From Microbacterium phage Quartz, in sequence record ON970571.1: DNA of 32,000 bases; one strand, given 5' to 3'. Below the pieces are notes generated by a model. It did not search any database. It worked only from the letters and a program-made list of their open reading frames with translations, and was not told the DNA's origin. The translations under genes were made by a program, and so were the position numbers. Every line of letters starts with the position of its first letter. Position 1 is the first letter of the stretch. Shown here one piece after another: positions 8,082-16,899 of this stretch.

Positions 8082-10226
8082 ATGGGTAACCGAGTAGCTC
8101 TCTGGCACGCGAATCAGACTGTGCGTACTGAAGGCGTGCTGGACAAGTACGGCGACAACATCGACGACGTCTTCCTGGTCGGCTACCTTCTGGGCACCAA
8201 CGGCCTGGAGAACCTGAACATCCACAACACGGTGGAGGCGGCTCGGGCCAAGTGGCCCTCCATCCGCTGGTGGCTGACCATCCAGTGCTTCTCCAGCGCG
8301 GCATGGAAGGCCATCGGCACACCGGGCGACCCGCTTCGTGTGGCCGTGCTGGCTCAGATGGAGACCATCTACGCGACGTACCCCTGGCTGTACGGCATCG
8401 ACATGGATGCTGAGGGGTTCGGCAACAACATGACCAGCGCCGAGGCAATGGCCGGTTACCGTGCCCTCGGCGACCACGCACGCTCCTTCGGCAAGAAGCT
8501 GAGCGCGGCGCTGCCTGCTGCCACCGAGGGCAACTTCAGCATCGGTGGAGAGAACTGGCTGGACTACGCTGCGTTCGGCGCGTATCTGGACCAGGTCGCC
8601 ATCATGACCTACGACTTCGCTTGGTCGGGCAGCGCCCCCGGACCCATCGCACCCCGCTTCTGGATTCAGCAGGTCTACGACTGGACGGTGTCCGTCATTG
8701 ACCCGAAGAAGGTGCTGATGGGCGTGCCTGCCTACGGGCAGAACTGGTCCATCCACGTTCCGACCAATGAGCTGCCTGGCTACTCGCCGAGCTGGCCCTA
8801 CCGGGGCAACTCCGGCGCGTACTACTGGTTCTGGTTCATGGCGACCGGCGTGTGGGGTTCCATGTCTGGCGACGACAAGGAAGACCCGGCCGAGTGGAAG
8901 CAGACGCACGCAAGCTGGTTCACCTACCGGGACATCGAGACCAACTCGCCGTTCACGCTGATCGGCTGCTACTGGTGGGCCACGGCTAACCACGTGACCG
9001 GCAGCAGCGGCATGGAGAAGAACAGCCTGAACGGCAAGCCGTACTTCACCCGGTACGGCAGGGCAGCAGCAGACCCTGTCGGCGGCATGGTCGACCAGCG
9101 ACCGACCACCCAGTACATGCAGCACGCCGTCCGCCCGATCCAGGTGGTGGACAGCGCTGGCCGGTGGCACAATCAGGACGTTCACAACCTCACGCTCGAG
9201 GTTCTGCAGCGCGACCCCCAGTCGGCTACCATCATGGACGACGACTGCGCCAGCACTGGCACCCTGGACATCTACTACACCAGGACCGGCGCGGCGTGGA
9301 CGCACTGGCGCTCTTCCGACCCCATCCTCAACCCCCGCGCCTACGGTCAGTTCCGTGTGGCCGGTGCTGGTCGGCTTGCCCTGACCAACACCAACGGCGG
9401 AGGCGAGTTCCACGTCCAGGGTCGCTTCCAGTTCCCCTCAGCTGGCCGTGCTGGTGTGTACCACGGCAGCTTCGAGGCCACCGTAGACCAGGCAGGCGTC
9501 CTCCGTCTCAGCCGCAACGGGACCACCCTGGCCACACAGAACGTCTCGGCACCGGGCACCAGCAGCTCGCCAGGGTCCGCTCGAGCGGTCGTGGGGCTGC
9601 GCGTGCGGGGTAACCGGGCGCGGGTCTACTACAGCCGCACAGAGAACAGCGTGCCCCTGATCCTGGAGTACGTGGACCCCAGCTACACCCCCGGCCCCCA
9701 GGGCATGCTCAGCATGAGCGGGGCAGCGTGGTTCGACCATGTCCGATGGGGCGACGCCTGGTGGTACAATCCTCGCGAGGCCGTGAACGTGCAGATCGGC
9801 AGCTTCACGTTCACCAACGTCGGTCGCATCCCGCGCACCAACGTCACCTGGGACGCCTTCAACCGGTTCCGGGTGAACACCGATGTGGAGGAGCGCACCA
9901 CGCGCACCCAGGCCATCTCGGCTGACTGGGAGTTCATCCACCTGAAGGGAATCGGCATCCCGGCTGGCCAGACCAAGGCCGTCCGCATCATACCTCAGGA
10001 CATTGACTGCTGGGTGAGCACGGCATACCTGTGTGACCCCAAGGGCACCAGCTTGTCGCACTACGCCGACGCCGAGTACATGCAGCACTGTCGAGACATC
10101 GCATCTTCCGAGTGGGGCTTGGACGGCATCGCCGTCTGGCGTCTCGGTCAGGAAGACGTCCGCTTCTGGGAACGCATCAAGGGGGGAAGGCTCGACCCAG
10201 ACGACAGGATCCAGATCCTGGCCTAA
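8082..10226 (+). CDS. Large minor tail protein with glycoside hydrolase family 18-like domain (714 aa)
   Basis: LYGIDMDAEGFG matches the DxDxE-type GH18 active-site strand; followed by MTYDFAWSG...GVPAYGQNWSI, typical of the GH18 barrel C-terminal half. Confidence 0.75.
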   Translation: MGNRVALWHANQTVRTEGVLDKYGDNIDDVFLVGYLLGTNGLENLNIHNTVEAARAKWPSIRWWLTIQCFSSAAWKAIGTPGDPLRVAVLAQMETIYATYPWLYGIDMDAEGFGNNMTSAEAMAGYRALGDHARSFGKKLSAALPAATEGNFSIGGENWLDYAAFGAYLDQVAIMTYDFAWSGSAPGPIAPRFWIQQVYDWTVSVIDPKKVLMGVPAYGQNWSIHVPTNELPGYSPSWPYRGNSGAYYWFWFMATGVWGSMSGDDKEDPAEWKQTHASWFTYRDIETNSPFTLIGCYWWATANHVTGSSGMEKNSLNGKPYFTRYGRAAADPVGGMVDQRPTTQYMQHAVRPIQVVDSAGRWHNQDVHNLTLEVLQRDPQSATIMDDDCASTGTLDIYYTRTGAAWTHWRSSDPILNPRAYGQFRVAGAGRLALTNTNGGGEFHVQGRFQFPSAGRAGVYHGSFEATVDQAGVLRLSRNGTTLATQNVSAPGTSSSPGSARAVVGLRVRGNRARVYYSRTENSVPLILEYVDPSYTPGPQGMLSMSGAAWFDHVRWGDAWWYNPREAVNVQIGSFTFTNVGRIPRTNVTWDAFNRFRVNTDVEERTTRTQAISADWEFIHLKGIGIPAGQTKAVRIIPQDIDCWVSTAYLCDPKGTSLSHYADAEYMQHCRDIASSEWGLDGIAVWRLGQEDVRFWERIKGGRLDPDDRIQILA

Positions 10227-10251
10227 CCCCCGCACACTAAGGAGAAACGAA

Positions 10252-11115
10252 ATGGCAACCCTCAAGAATCACCCCGGCTACTGGCTGCGGGATGACGCGG
10301 CTGCTGCCTTCGACGCCTACGAGGCGAAGTACGGCAAGCGCACCGTCAACTCGGCAGGTCGCACCAAGGCCGAGCAGCAGAACCTCATCAACCGCTGGGA
10401 CGCTGGTGGCGCTGCCAACCGGCCCCCGTACCTGTACGCACCGGCTCGTCCGGCTGAGTCCAGCAACCACGTCCGCGACGGTGGTGTGGCCGTGGACATC
10501 GGCGACTGGCGCACCTTCAAGGAGCACTCGGAAGAGTTCGGCTTCTACTGGTACGGCAACTCGGACGTCGTTCACTTCGACTTCAAGGGCTGGAACGGTG
10601 GCGTGTCTCAGGACACCAAGAACCGGCAGGAGTGGCTGAACAAGGCGCGCGGCGAGAAGCTGGTCGTCGACGGCATCCAGGGTGCAGCGACCACGGCTGC
10701 GATCAAGCGCTACCAGAGCTTCCTCGGCGTGACCGCTGACGGCATCTGGGGCGACCGCACCCAGGCCGCGCATCAGGTCTACTGGGACAAGTGGCACCAG
10801 GGCAGCACCCCGGCACCCAAGCCGAGCAACCCCTTCGGGATCCCCTACTGCGCGGGCCTGCAGAAGATCGCTCGCCTGTACGGGGGCAACACTGCACCGG
10901 ATCAGATCTGGGGCGCTCAGTCGGCCAAGGGGTTCGCACAGTTCCTCCGGGCGAACTGGGGCTACAAGGGCAACGACGTGCTCGGTCCGGTGATGTGGGC
11001 AGCGATCGCTCGCTGGCTGCGTTCCCGCTGGGGCTACGTCGGCAACGACACCCCCGGTCCGGTCATGCGTGCCGCTCTCCAGCGTGCCGAGGCTGCGAAC
11101 TACAACGAACTGTAA
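10252..11115 (+). CDS. Endolysin: M15/VanY-like peptidase plus peptidoglycan-binding repeats (287 aa)
   Basis: AAGGAG SD, ATG 10252. SSNHVRDGGVAVDIGD and DVVHFDF match the SxHxxGxAxD...xxH zinc peptidase pattern. PG-binding-like segment IQGAATTAAIKRYQSFLGVTADGIWG. Confidence 0.85.
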   Translation: MATLKNHPGYWLRDDAAAAFDAYEAKYGKRTVNSAGRTKAEQQNLINRWDAGGAANRPPYLYAPARPAESSNHVRDGGVAVDIGDWRTFKEHSEEFGFYWYGNSDVVHFDFKGWNGGVSQDTKNRQEWLNKARGEKLVVDGIQGAATTAAIKRYQSFLGVTADGIWGDRTQAAHQVYWDKWHQGSTPAPKPSNPFGIPYCAGLQKIARLYGGNTAPDQIWGAQSAKGFAQFLRANWGYKGNDVLGPVMWAAIARWLRSRWGYVGNDTPGPVMRAALQRAEAANYNEL

Positions 11116-11136
11116 CCACACCTGGAGGGGTAGATA

Positions 11137-11520
11137 ATGCTGGAAGTGATCGAACGCATCGGGGCTGTGCTGACCCCGCTCTTCGTCGCCGTCATTACGG
11201 TGTACGGGGGTGTCATGGTGGCCAAGATCAACAAGGTCAAGGCCAACGTGGAGAAGGTGCAGTCGGACATCATCACGAACCACGGTAGCAAGAACATCGG
11301 TGATGCGATCGATCGCCTCACCACTCGCGTCATGGTCATCAGTGACAATCAGGACCAGCTCATCCTGGACGTGAAAGCGCTGAAGGCGCATGACGATGAA
11401 GTGGACACCAGGCTGGACAACATCGACAAGTCCAGCCGGGACACCAAGGATGCTGTCTCCGACACCATCCGCGTAGTGAAACCGTTCCACGCCCTCGTGG
11501 ACAAACTGAAAGGCAAGTAA
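11137..11520 (+). CDS. Membrane protein of the lysis module (DUF2746-like)
   Basis: 127 aa, one N-terminal TM (LTPLFVAVITVYGGVMVA), then coiled coil; directly after the endolysin with SD GGAGGGG. Confidence 0.7.
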   Translation: MLEVIERIGAVLTPLFVAVITVYGGVMVAKINKVKANVEKVQSDIITNHGSKNIGDAIDRLTTRVMVISDNQDQLILDVKALKAHDDEVDTRLDNIDKSSRDTKDAVSDTIRVVKPFHALVDKLKGK

Positions 11521-11828
11521 TGGATACCATCGCAACGCTGGCCACCGTGCCCGCTGTCATCGCACTGGTGACACTCTTCAAGGACTTGGGCCTTCCGTCC
11601 AAGCTGTCCCCGCTGCTGGCCGTCGTGCTCGGTGTGGCCCTGTCTGTCCTCGGCGCGCTGTCGCTGGGCACCGTGGCCAACTGGTACGAGACCGTCTCCC
11701 TCGGCGTCATCCTCGGCCTGAGCGCTGCTGGCCTGTACGACGGGGCGCGGGCCATCGGTGGCAACACCGTGGTCGTGGAGGAGGACCCGGCAACCAAGCC
11801 GCTTCTCCGCCGCGACCTCAACAACTGA
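11520..11828 (+). CDS. Putative holin
   Basis: 102 aa with hydrophobic TM segments, in the lysis module; overlaps the previous stop by one base. Confidence 0.7.
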   Translation: MDTIATLATVPAVIALVTLFKDLGLPSKLSPLLAVVLGVALSVLGALSLGTVANWYETVSLGVILGLSAAGLYDGARAIGGNTVVVEEDPATKPLLRRDLNN

Positions 11829-11868
11829 CAATCCGTCAGACCCAACACACACAGTTAGGAATCATACA

Positions 11869-12234
11869 ATGGCAGGTTACGCAACTCCGTCCGGATCCTG
11901 TGGTCAGACCAGCGCGACCGACTTCTGGACGTATCGGTGGATGGGTGGCACGATCCGCGCCCGTCTGCTGGACGTGTCCCTGGCACCGTCCCCGAACTAC
12001 AACTGGGGCCAGTGGGGCCAGGCCTCCATCCGCATCGACCTGGTCGGTCGTGATGGCAAGAACAAGGCCAGCAACACGCTCTACAAGACGTGGGGCGTGC
12101 TGCCTGCATACAAGACCTTCGTCTTCTGGAACAACGCACAGGAGGTCCGCTTCCGCTGCCGTGCTTCGGTGCCCTCCTACCCGTGGGGAGCCGGTGCCTG
12201 GGTGAACTTCAAGATGGAGTTCAGCTGGGGCTAA
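11869..12234 (+). CDS. Hypothetical protein (121 aa)
   Basis: MAGYATPSGSCGQTSATDFWTYRWMGG...; ATG at 11869 after AGGAAT. The track start at 11758 lies inside the holin gene. Last gene before the terminator. Confidence 0.65.
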   Translation: MAGYATPSGSCGQTSATDFWTYRWMGGTIRARLLDVSLAPSPNYNWGQWGQASIRIDLVGRDGKNKASNTLYKTWGVLPAYKTFVFWNNAQEVRFRCRASVPSYPWGAGAWVNFKMEFSWG

Positions 12235-12245
12235 GCCCTAACACA

Positions 12246-12287
12246 AGGAAGCCCCCGTCCGGCTACTCTGCCAGGCGGGGGCTTCCT
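12246..12287. terminator. Bidirectional intrinsic-type hairpin between convergent operons
   Basis: Perfect 12-bp stem AGGAAGCCCCCG (12246-12257) / CGGGGGCTTCCT (12276-12287), exactly between convergent genes. Confidence 0.88.
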
Positions 12288-12294
12288 GCTGCCC

Positions 12295-12474
12295 TCAGGG
12301 GGCCAGGGGGAACCGGTCGCTGAGCTGCACCACGGCCACACCCAGGTCCGTCTCGAGACGCCCGCGCTGGTGGTCGATGCGGCGGATGCGGATGACCGTG
12401 GCCTCGTTGCCCTCCGGGTCGATGATGACCTGACCCTTGGTGAGATCCTCTGCCTTGATGCCCTTGCTAGCCAT
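12295..12474 (-). CDS. Hypothetical protein (59 aa), absent from ORF track
   Basis: MASKGIKAEDLTKGQVIIDPEGNEATVIRIRRIDHQRGRLETDLGVAVVQLSDRFPLAP*; SD GAAGGAGG then ATG. Confidence 0.75.
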   Translation of the reverse strand: MASKGIKAEDLTKGQVIIDPEGNEATVIRIRRIDHQRGRLETDLGVAVVQLSDRFPLAP

Positions 12475-12504
12475 GATGGCCTCCTTCGGTTGGTTGGTAC
12501 TTGA

Positions 12505-12535
12505 AGCTTAGCACGTACCCTGAAAGGTTACGCAA
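12505..12535 (-). promoter_or_regulatory. Putative promoter P3: TTGCGT-N19-TAAGCT (extended TGCTAAGCT)
   Basis: Minus strand TTGCGTAACCTTTCAGGGTACGTGCTAAGCT, 5' of the 59-aa gene; matches the recurring motif family. Confidence 0.6.
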
Positions 12536-12920
12536 CCTTGAGGAAGAACTGGCCGGGACGAAGGGTGATGGTCCCACCCTTGGGCAGTCCCACGAGGTAG
12601 GTGCCGGGGAGCAGCTCGCCGACGATGGTCCACTCCTGGAGGTTGGTGGCCTGACGCGGGTCGACCCAGCCGGAGCCGCGCTGCGCGGGGCCGACAGCCC
12701 ACTCGGCGTAGACCGTGGTCCCAGCCTCGACAGCCGGGATGGACCAGGTGGAGGGGTACGTGGTGTCGTCGCGCTCGATGAGGCCGTGCTCCGTCAGGTA
12801 GTCCGCGTAAGCGTTGACTTCCTTGGTGGTCCAGCCCTTACGGTTGAGGTCGTAGTAGTACGGCTGGACGGTGTTCAGCCACTCGACGAAGTGGGCGATG
12901 GCCTCGGGGGTGATGTTCAT
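12528..12920 (-). CDS. Hypothetical protein (130 aa)
   Basis: MNITPEAIAHFVEWLNTVQPYYYDLNRKGWTTKEV...; SD CAAGGAG. Confidence 0.75.
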   Translation of the reverse strand: MNITPEAIAHFVEWLNTVQPYYYDLNRKGWTTKEVNAYADYLTEHGLIERDDTTYPSTWSIPAVEAGTTVYAEWAVGPAQRGSGWVDPRQATNLQEWTIVGELLPGTYLVGLPKGGTITLRPGQFFLKVA

Positions 12921-12959
12921 GGGATGCTCCTTGAAGTGGTGTGCCTTGCTGATGTGATC

Positions 12960-12989
12960 AGCCTAGCACGACCTTCAGGGTTACAGCAA
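12960..12989 (-). promoter_or_regulatory. Putative promoter P4: TTGCTG-N18-TAGGCT
   Basis: Minus strand TTGCTGTAACCCTGAAGGTCGTGCTAGGCT upstream of the 130-aa gene. Confidence 0.55.
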
Positions 12990-13244
12990 CCCCCAATATT
13001 CACCAATCTGGATGAGACCCACAAGGCCTCGCAGAACCTCGTCCCAGTACCGGCCCCACCAGTACGCGGCGCACAGCGCCCAGACGACGCCGAAGAACAC
13101 CATCAGGAGGGGCATCAGGACCATGACGTTGATCGTCGCCTCGGTAGGTGTGGCCTTCTCCTGCTCAGGCTCGGTGTCGGCACCGACAGCGGCGACCAGG
13201 TCTTCGAGGCTGGTGATGGGACGGGTCTCAAGTGTAGTCTTCAT
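12981..13244 (-). CDS. Small membrane protein (87 aa)
   Basis: MKTTLETRPITSLEDLVAAVG... with TM INVMVLMPLLMVFFGVVWALCAAYW; its start overlaps the end of the upstream ORF, and the track start at 13280 is less likely. Confidence 0.6.
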   Translation of the reverse strand: MKTTLETRPITSLEDLVAAVGADTEPEQEKATPTEATINVMVLMPLLMVFFGVVWALCAAYWWGRYWDEVLRGLVGLIQIGEYWGLL

Positions 13245-13410
13245 GGGAGCCACCGTACCACGGAGACTCGAGGCGCGCAAGCATTTCGTTCACCATGTCT
13301 TGCATTCGCCTGGTGTACTGCCACCACACGGCCAGCCGGTCCCCGTCGACAGGGGTCTCTCGGCCGAAGGTGTGCAGGCTCACAGCCTCCTGGACTGAGG
13401 GGTACATCAC
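13228..13410 (-). CDS. Hypothetical protein (~60 aa)
   Basis: MMYPSVQEAVSLHTFGRETPVDGDRLAVWWQYTRRMQDMVNEML...; start overlaps the end of the RepA-like gene. Confidence 0.6.
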   Translation of the reverse strand: MMYPSVQEAVSLHTFGRETPVDGDRLAVWWQYTRRMQDMVNEMLARLESPWYGGSHEDYT

Positions 13411-15083
13411 TCCACCACCGGAGGACGCTGCACGATCTTCAGTCGCGGGTCAATGAAGTGCATGTTGTTCCCCCGCTTAGTCTGCACGCCCAGCCGAAGC
13501 AGGTCGCTCTCCTCTTCGGGGCTGGCCAGGCTCATGATAAAGTCCGACCAGCCGTGCAGCGCGGTCGCCCCCAGGATGGACTCCTGCACGGTCTCACCCT
13601 TCTCGAAGACCCGCTTGCGTGTGTGGTGGATAAACATGATGGCGCACTTGGTCTCCTTGGCGATCTCCTTGAGGGGCTTCAGGATCGCGTACATGTCCTT
13701 CTGGTCGGAGACGTTGGCCTTGCCGATAGCCATGGACAAGGTGTCAATGACCACCAGGTCAAGCTCGTGCTTAGTGATGGTCTCCAGGAGGCGCTGCTGG
13801 TCGGCTTCCTCACTGAGGTCCACAGCCGAGAACAGGGTCAGCAGGTCCAGGGGCACCGGGGGTTCCCAGACGAGCGCCTTACCGTCCTGCCTGATGTGGC
13901 CGTCCCAGTGGTACTTCTGCCTGCCGTGGTCTCGGTTGAGAGACGCACTGACGCGCTCAGCGAACAGGTAGTCCCCGTCCTCCAGGGACAGGAAGCCCAC
14001 GCGCTTAGGCTTGCGCATGGACAGCCCCAGCGGCCTCCGGCCGGTGGCCAGTCCCAGGGCGATCTCAATCGCGATGCGGGTCTTGCCCACCTTGGGCGCT
14101 GCTACCAGCAGCCCGCACGCGCCTTCGGCGATGATGTTGGGCAGCACCCAGGACATAGGCGTGCGGATGACCGGCCCGAACTGGTCGAGCGTGGACATCT
14201 CCCATGCTTCAATGACTTCCTCGTCATCGTCGCTGTCGTCCTCCTGGACGGGCTTGGGCTTCTCCTTGCGGGGCTTCTCCGGGACGTGCCCGTAGGCGCG
14301 CTCGATGTCGTCCTTGAGCTTGTCCGGGTCGTCTTTCCACTTGTTCCACTCGGTGGCCTTGATCATCTTGAAGGCCAAGCTCTGCTCCAGCCCCAGCTCT
14401 GCGGCGTTACGGGCGAACTTCCAGAGGAGCTGGCTGCGGTCGCCGTAGGTGTCCTTCTTGCCCAGCTCAGCGGCTGTACCGGCCGAGAAGCCTAGCTCCT
14501 TGGCCACACGGGAGAGCAGCATGCCACGGGTCCACACGCGACCGCTCGAGGACAGCACGCGCCCCAGGAACGGCTCCCTCTTGTGGTGCATGGTGCCAGG
14601 CACGCGGAGGAGCTGGCTGATGTCGACGCCGGACTTGTCCGCGCCGATGGCCTGGGTCAGCATGCCGATGAACCCGTCCCGATGGAACTCGGACACGGGC
14701 AGGGCTTCCTTGAGGAGCCAGATGGCCTGGATGTGGCCGGGGCTGGTCTCCCACATGTACGAGGGCCTCAGCGCCTCCAGCAGCTTCCGGTCGTAGCTGT
14801 CGTCGCAGTCCACCCAGACGGCACGCTGCGCGGGGTAGTTGGTGCCCTCGGTGCCCTTCTTGATGCGGCGTGTGTCGCCACGGCTAACGGCAGGCGTCCA
14901 GTACCAGTCGACGGAGTCACGCAGGTCGGGGAAGTTGGGCTTGCGGGCGCTGAGCATAGCGCCTTCGCGGAAGCGTTCCTTGTCCTTGTCCCCGATGTCA
15001 GAGATGCTGGGCATCCACACGTGACCGGCGACGCCGGAGTGCTTCCACACCCTGTGGATTAGGTCAAGAGGGTTGATATCCAC
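13407..15083 (-). CDS. RepA-like primase/helicase ATPase (558 aa)
   Basis: N-terminal RepB-like primase-type region (PAQRAVWVDCDDSY, GVDISQLLRVPGTMHHK), C-terminal RecA-like ATPase with Walker A APKVGKTR and Walker B LDLVVIDTLS. Confidence 0.8.
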   Translation of the reverse strand: MDINPLDLIHRVWKHSGVAGHVWMPSISDIGDKDKERFREGAMLSARKPNFPDLRDSVDWYWTPAVSRGDTRRIKKGTEGTNYPAQRAVWVDCDDSYDRKLLEALRPSYMWETSPGHIQAIWLLKEALPVSEFHRDGFIGMLTQAIGADKSGVDISQLLRVPGTMHHKREPFLGRVLSSSGRVWTRGMLLSRVAKELGFSAGTAAELGKKDTYGDRSQLLWKFARNAAELGLEQSLAFKMIKATEWNKWKDDPDKLKDDIERAYGHVPEKPRKEKPKPVQEDDSDDDEEVIEAWEMSTLDQFGPVIRTPMSWVLPNIIAEGACGLLVAAPKVGKTRIAIEIALGLATGRRPLGLSMRKPKRVGFLSLEDGDYLFAERVSASLNRDHGRQKYHWDGHIRQDGKALVWEPPVPLDLLTLFSAVDLSEEADQQRLLETITKHELDLVVIDTLSMAIGKANVSDQKDMYAILKPLKEIAKETKCAIMFIHHTRKRVFEKGETVQESILGATALHGWSDFIMSLASPEEESDLLRLGVQTKRGNNMHFIDPRLKIVQRPPVVE

Positions 15084-15352
15084 TCTACTACTTCCTGAGC
15101 CTTGGGGTCATGGCTGGTGAACGTGGTGCCACCTGCCTGACGGAACTTCTTTAGGTTGTATTGCTGTGCCGTGCTGGGCTTCTCCTTGGCCGTCTTCTTG
15201 GCTTCAATTGCGAAGAAGTGCCCATGCGCACACCCTATGATGTCGGGGGTCCCCTTCTGCTGAAAGGAACCCCCGTGGGTGCGGAGGGCGTACACCCCAG
15301 GCATCGCGTTGAGCCGCTTCAGCATGCGGCGCACGACCTCCGCTTCATCCAT
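15059..15352 (-). CDS. VRR-NUC domain nuclease (97 aa)
   Basis: GGSFQQKGTPDIIGCAHGHFFAIEAKKTAKEKPSTAQQ matches the VRR-NUC pattern G-PD-ExK-Q. Confidence 0.85.
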   Translation of the reverse strand: MDEAEVVRRMLKRLNAMPGVYALRTHGGSFQQKGTPDIIGCAHGHFFAIEAKKTAKEKPSTAQQYNLKKFRQAGGTTFTSHDPKAQEVVEWISTLLT

Positions 15353-16182
15353 CAGCGACGCTTGACGGTGCGACGAGCCGGTGCCTTGGCTGCGGGCTTG
15401 CGTGCAGCAGCGCGGCGACGGGGAGCAGGCTCAGGCTCCTCTTCCTCCTCGTCGTCTTCGAACTCCTCGTCCTCAAGTTCTTCGTCTTCGAGGTCCTCGT
15501 CGTCCAGGTCGTCCTCGTCCTCGTCACCTTCGTCGTCGCCCTCGCCGAGCTCCTCCTCGATGACCAGCTCCACGAGCTCGTCCTTCTTGACGCCGTCGGT
15601 GTCGATGCCGAGGCCCTTGGCACGCTTGCGCAGTGCAGGCAGGGTCAGCGCCTCGATCTCCTCGCGGAGCTCGTCCTCGTCGGCCTCTTCCTCCTCGTCG
15701 ACGTCGTCTTCGTACTCCTCTTCGGCCTCGTCGTCGTACTCCTCGTCATCGTCCTCGACGCCGGTGCTGTCCTCGTCCAGGATGTCCAGGCCGTAGATGT
15801 TGGCCAGGGTGGAGCGGCCTTCGTACTGGCCGGTCTCGTCCTCGACCTCACCAGCGACCACCTTGCCGACGGCCTTGTTGGGGTCGATGTTGACGGCCTT
15901 GCCCTTGGCCTTGGACGCGTCCAGAACACCGGCAGCGACCATGAGGTCACGGAGCTTCCAGAACTGGTTCTGCTGGAGCTTGCAGTAGTACGGGAACCGG
16001 CGCGTCTTGTACTTCTCGACCTCGGGAACGAGGTAGAAGACGTACATGTCGGTCCCGTCCTGGGCCTCCTTGTCCTCCACGCCGACGATCTTGAAGGCGT
16101 GCAGCCCCTCGGGCATGCGCTTCGTGTTGATGCCGGAGCGCTCTTCGACCTTGCTGAAATCAAGGCGGATCTTCTTAGCCAT
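15352..16182 (-). CDS. ssDNA-binding-like protein (DUF669-type) with acidic linkers, SAP-like segment and basic tail (276 aa)
   Basis: N-terminal MPEGLHAFKIVGVEDKEAQDGTDMYVFYLVPE...; long D/E runs flank LREEIEALTLPALRKRAKGLGIDTDGVKKDELVELVIEE; ends AAARKPAAKAPARRTVKRR. Confidence 0.65.
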   Translation of the reverse strand: MAKKIRLDFSKVEERSGINTKRMPEGLHAFKIVGVEDKEAQDGTDMYVFYLVPEVEKYKTRRFPYYCKLQQNQFWKLRDLMVAAGVLDASKAKGKAVNIDPNKAVGKVVAGEVEDETGQYEGRSTLANIYGLDILDEDSTGVEDDDEEYDDEAEEEYEDDVDEEEEADEDELREEIEALTLPALRKRAKGLGIDTDGVKKDELVELVIEEELGEGDDEGDEDEDDLDDEDLEDEELEDEEFEDDEEEEEPEPAPRRRAAARKPAAKAPARRTVKRR

Positions 16183-16227
16183 GTTGGCTTCCTTCTTTCT
16201 GTTGGTGTTCTTCTTGGGGTATCTGGG

Positions 16228-16899
16228 CTAGCGGGTCCAGCCCAGAAGCTGGTTCAAGCGGCCGATGGTCGGCTGCTTCAAGTAAGGCGGAGTACCAGTA
16301 TAGCGCTCGCTGCGCGCCCCGGCCACAATCGAGCTGGACGGGCCGAGCCAGAGACGGCGCACCGGCTTGTCGTTGACGTGGGCGATGTACAGACGGCCGA
16401 TGGCGTCGGACATCTGCAGGACGGCGCTGGCTGCACCGGCCGACAGGTCCACCGTGGTCATGACCGCTGCGTCCTCGTCGTCGTCCTCAGACACCCAGTC
16501 CTCGTTCGGGAGGATGAGGCGCTCCTGAGCCAACACGATAACATCCTTGTTGCTGTCACGCAAGGTGCGGATGAGTGTGGCCAGTCCATTGTTCGCAGTG
16601 CCGAAGTCCTGCTTCCTGATCTGGGCACCGGGTCCCCCAGCCGACTCCTGCTGGAACAGGGAGTGCAGGCTGGTAGCTGTGTCGATGACGAAGCGCTGGT
16701 GCTTAGACAGGAACGTACTGTTCACCGTCTTGTTGATGTTGCGCGTGCTGAGGTCCTCCAGGATGGTCATGCCCTGGGTGTTGATACCACGCAGACCACG
16801 GTCAGCGCTGAAGACTGCCGTCTTGCCCTTGGGGGCATCCTTGAGGGCGAGCGTGGTCTTGCCTACCTTGGGCCGACCGTAGATGGTGATGACACTCAT
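16228..16899 (-). CDS. Sak4-like RecA-family ATPase (223 aa)
   Basis: MSVITIYGRPKVGKTTLALKDAPKGKTAVFSADRGLRGI...; SD GGGAGG upstream of the ATG at 16899. The track start at 17016 is too far upstream. Confidence 0.75.
   Translation of the reverse strand: MSVITIYGRPKVGKTTLALKDAPKGKTAVFSADRGLRGINTQGMTILEDLSTRNINKTVNSTFLSKHQRFVIDTATSLHSLFQQESAGGPGAQIRKQDFGTANNGLATLIRTLRDSNKDVIVLAQERLILPNEDWVSEDDDEDAAVMTTVDLSAGAASAVLQMSDAIGRLYIAHVNDKPVRRLWLGPSSSIVAGARSERYTGTPPYLKQPTIGRLNQLLGWTR

Noticed and set aside
8043-9413. 456-aa minus-strand ORF
   Set aside because: Antisense shadow of the GH18-like tail gene.
10237-11535. 432-aa minus-strand ORF
   Set aside because: Antisense to endolysin and membrane protein genes, which have SDs and domain motifs.
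12501-14495. 664-aa plus-strand ORF
   Set aside because: Antisense to the RepA-like gene and three small leftward genes and crosses their boundaries; composition is typical of a shadow ORF.
15381-15770. Dense GAC/GAG-type repeats (possible microsatellite or CRISPR-like array)
   Set aside because: They encode acidic low-complexity linkers of the SSB-like protein; no spacer/repeat periodicity.
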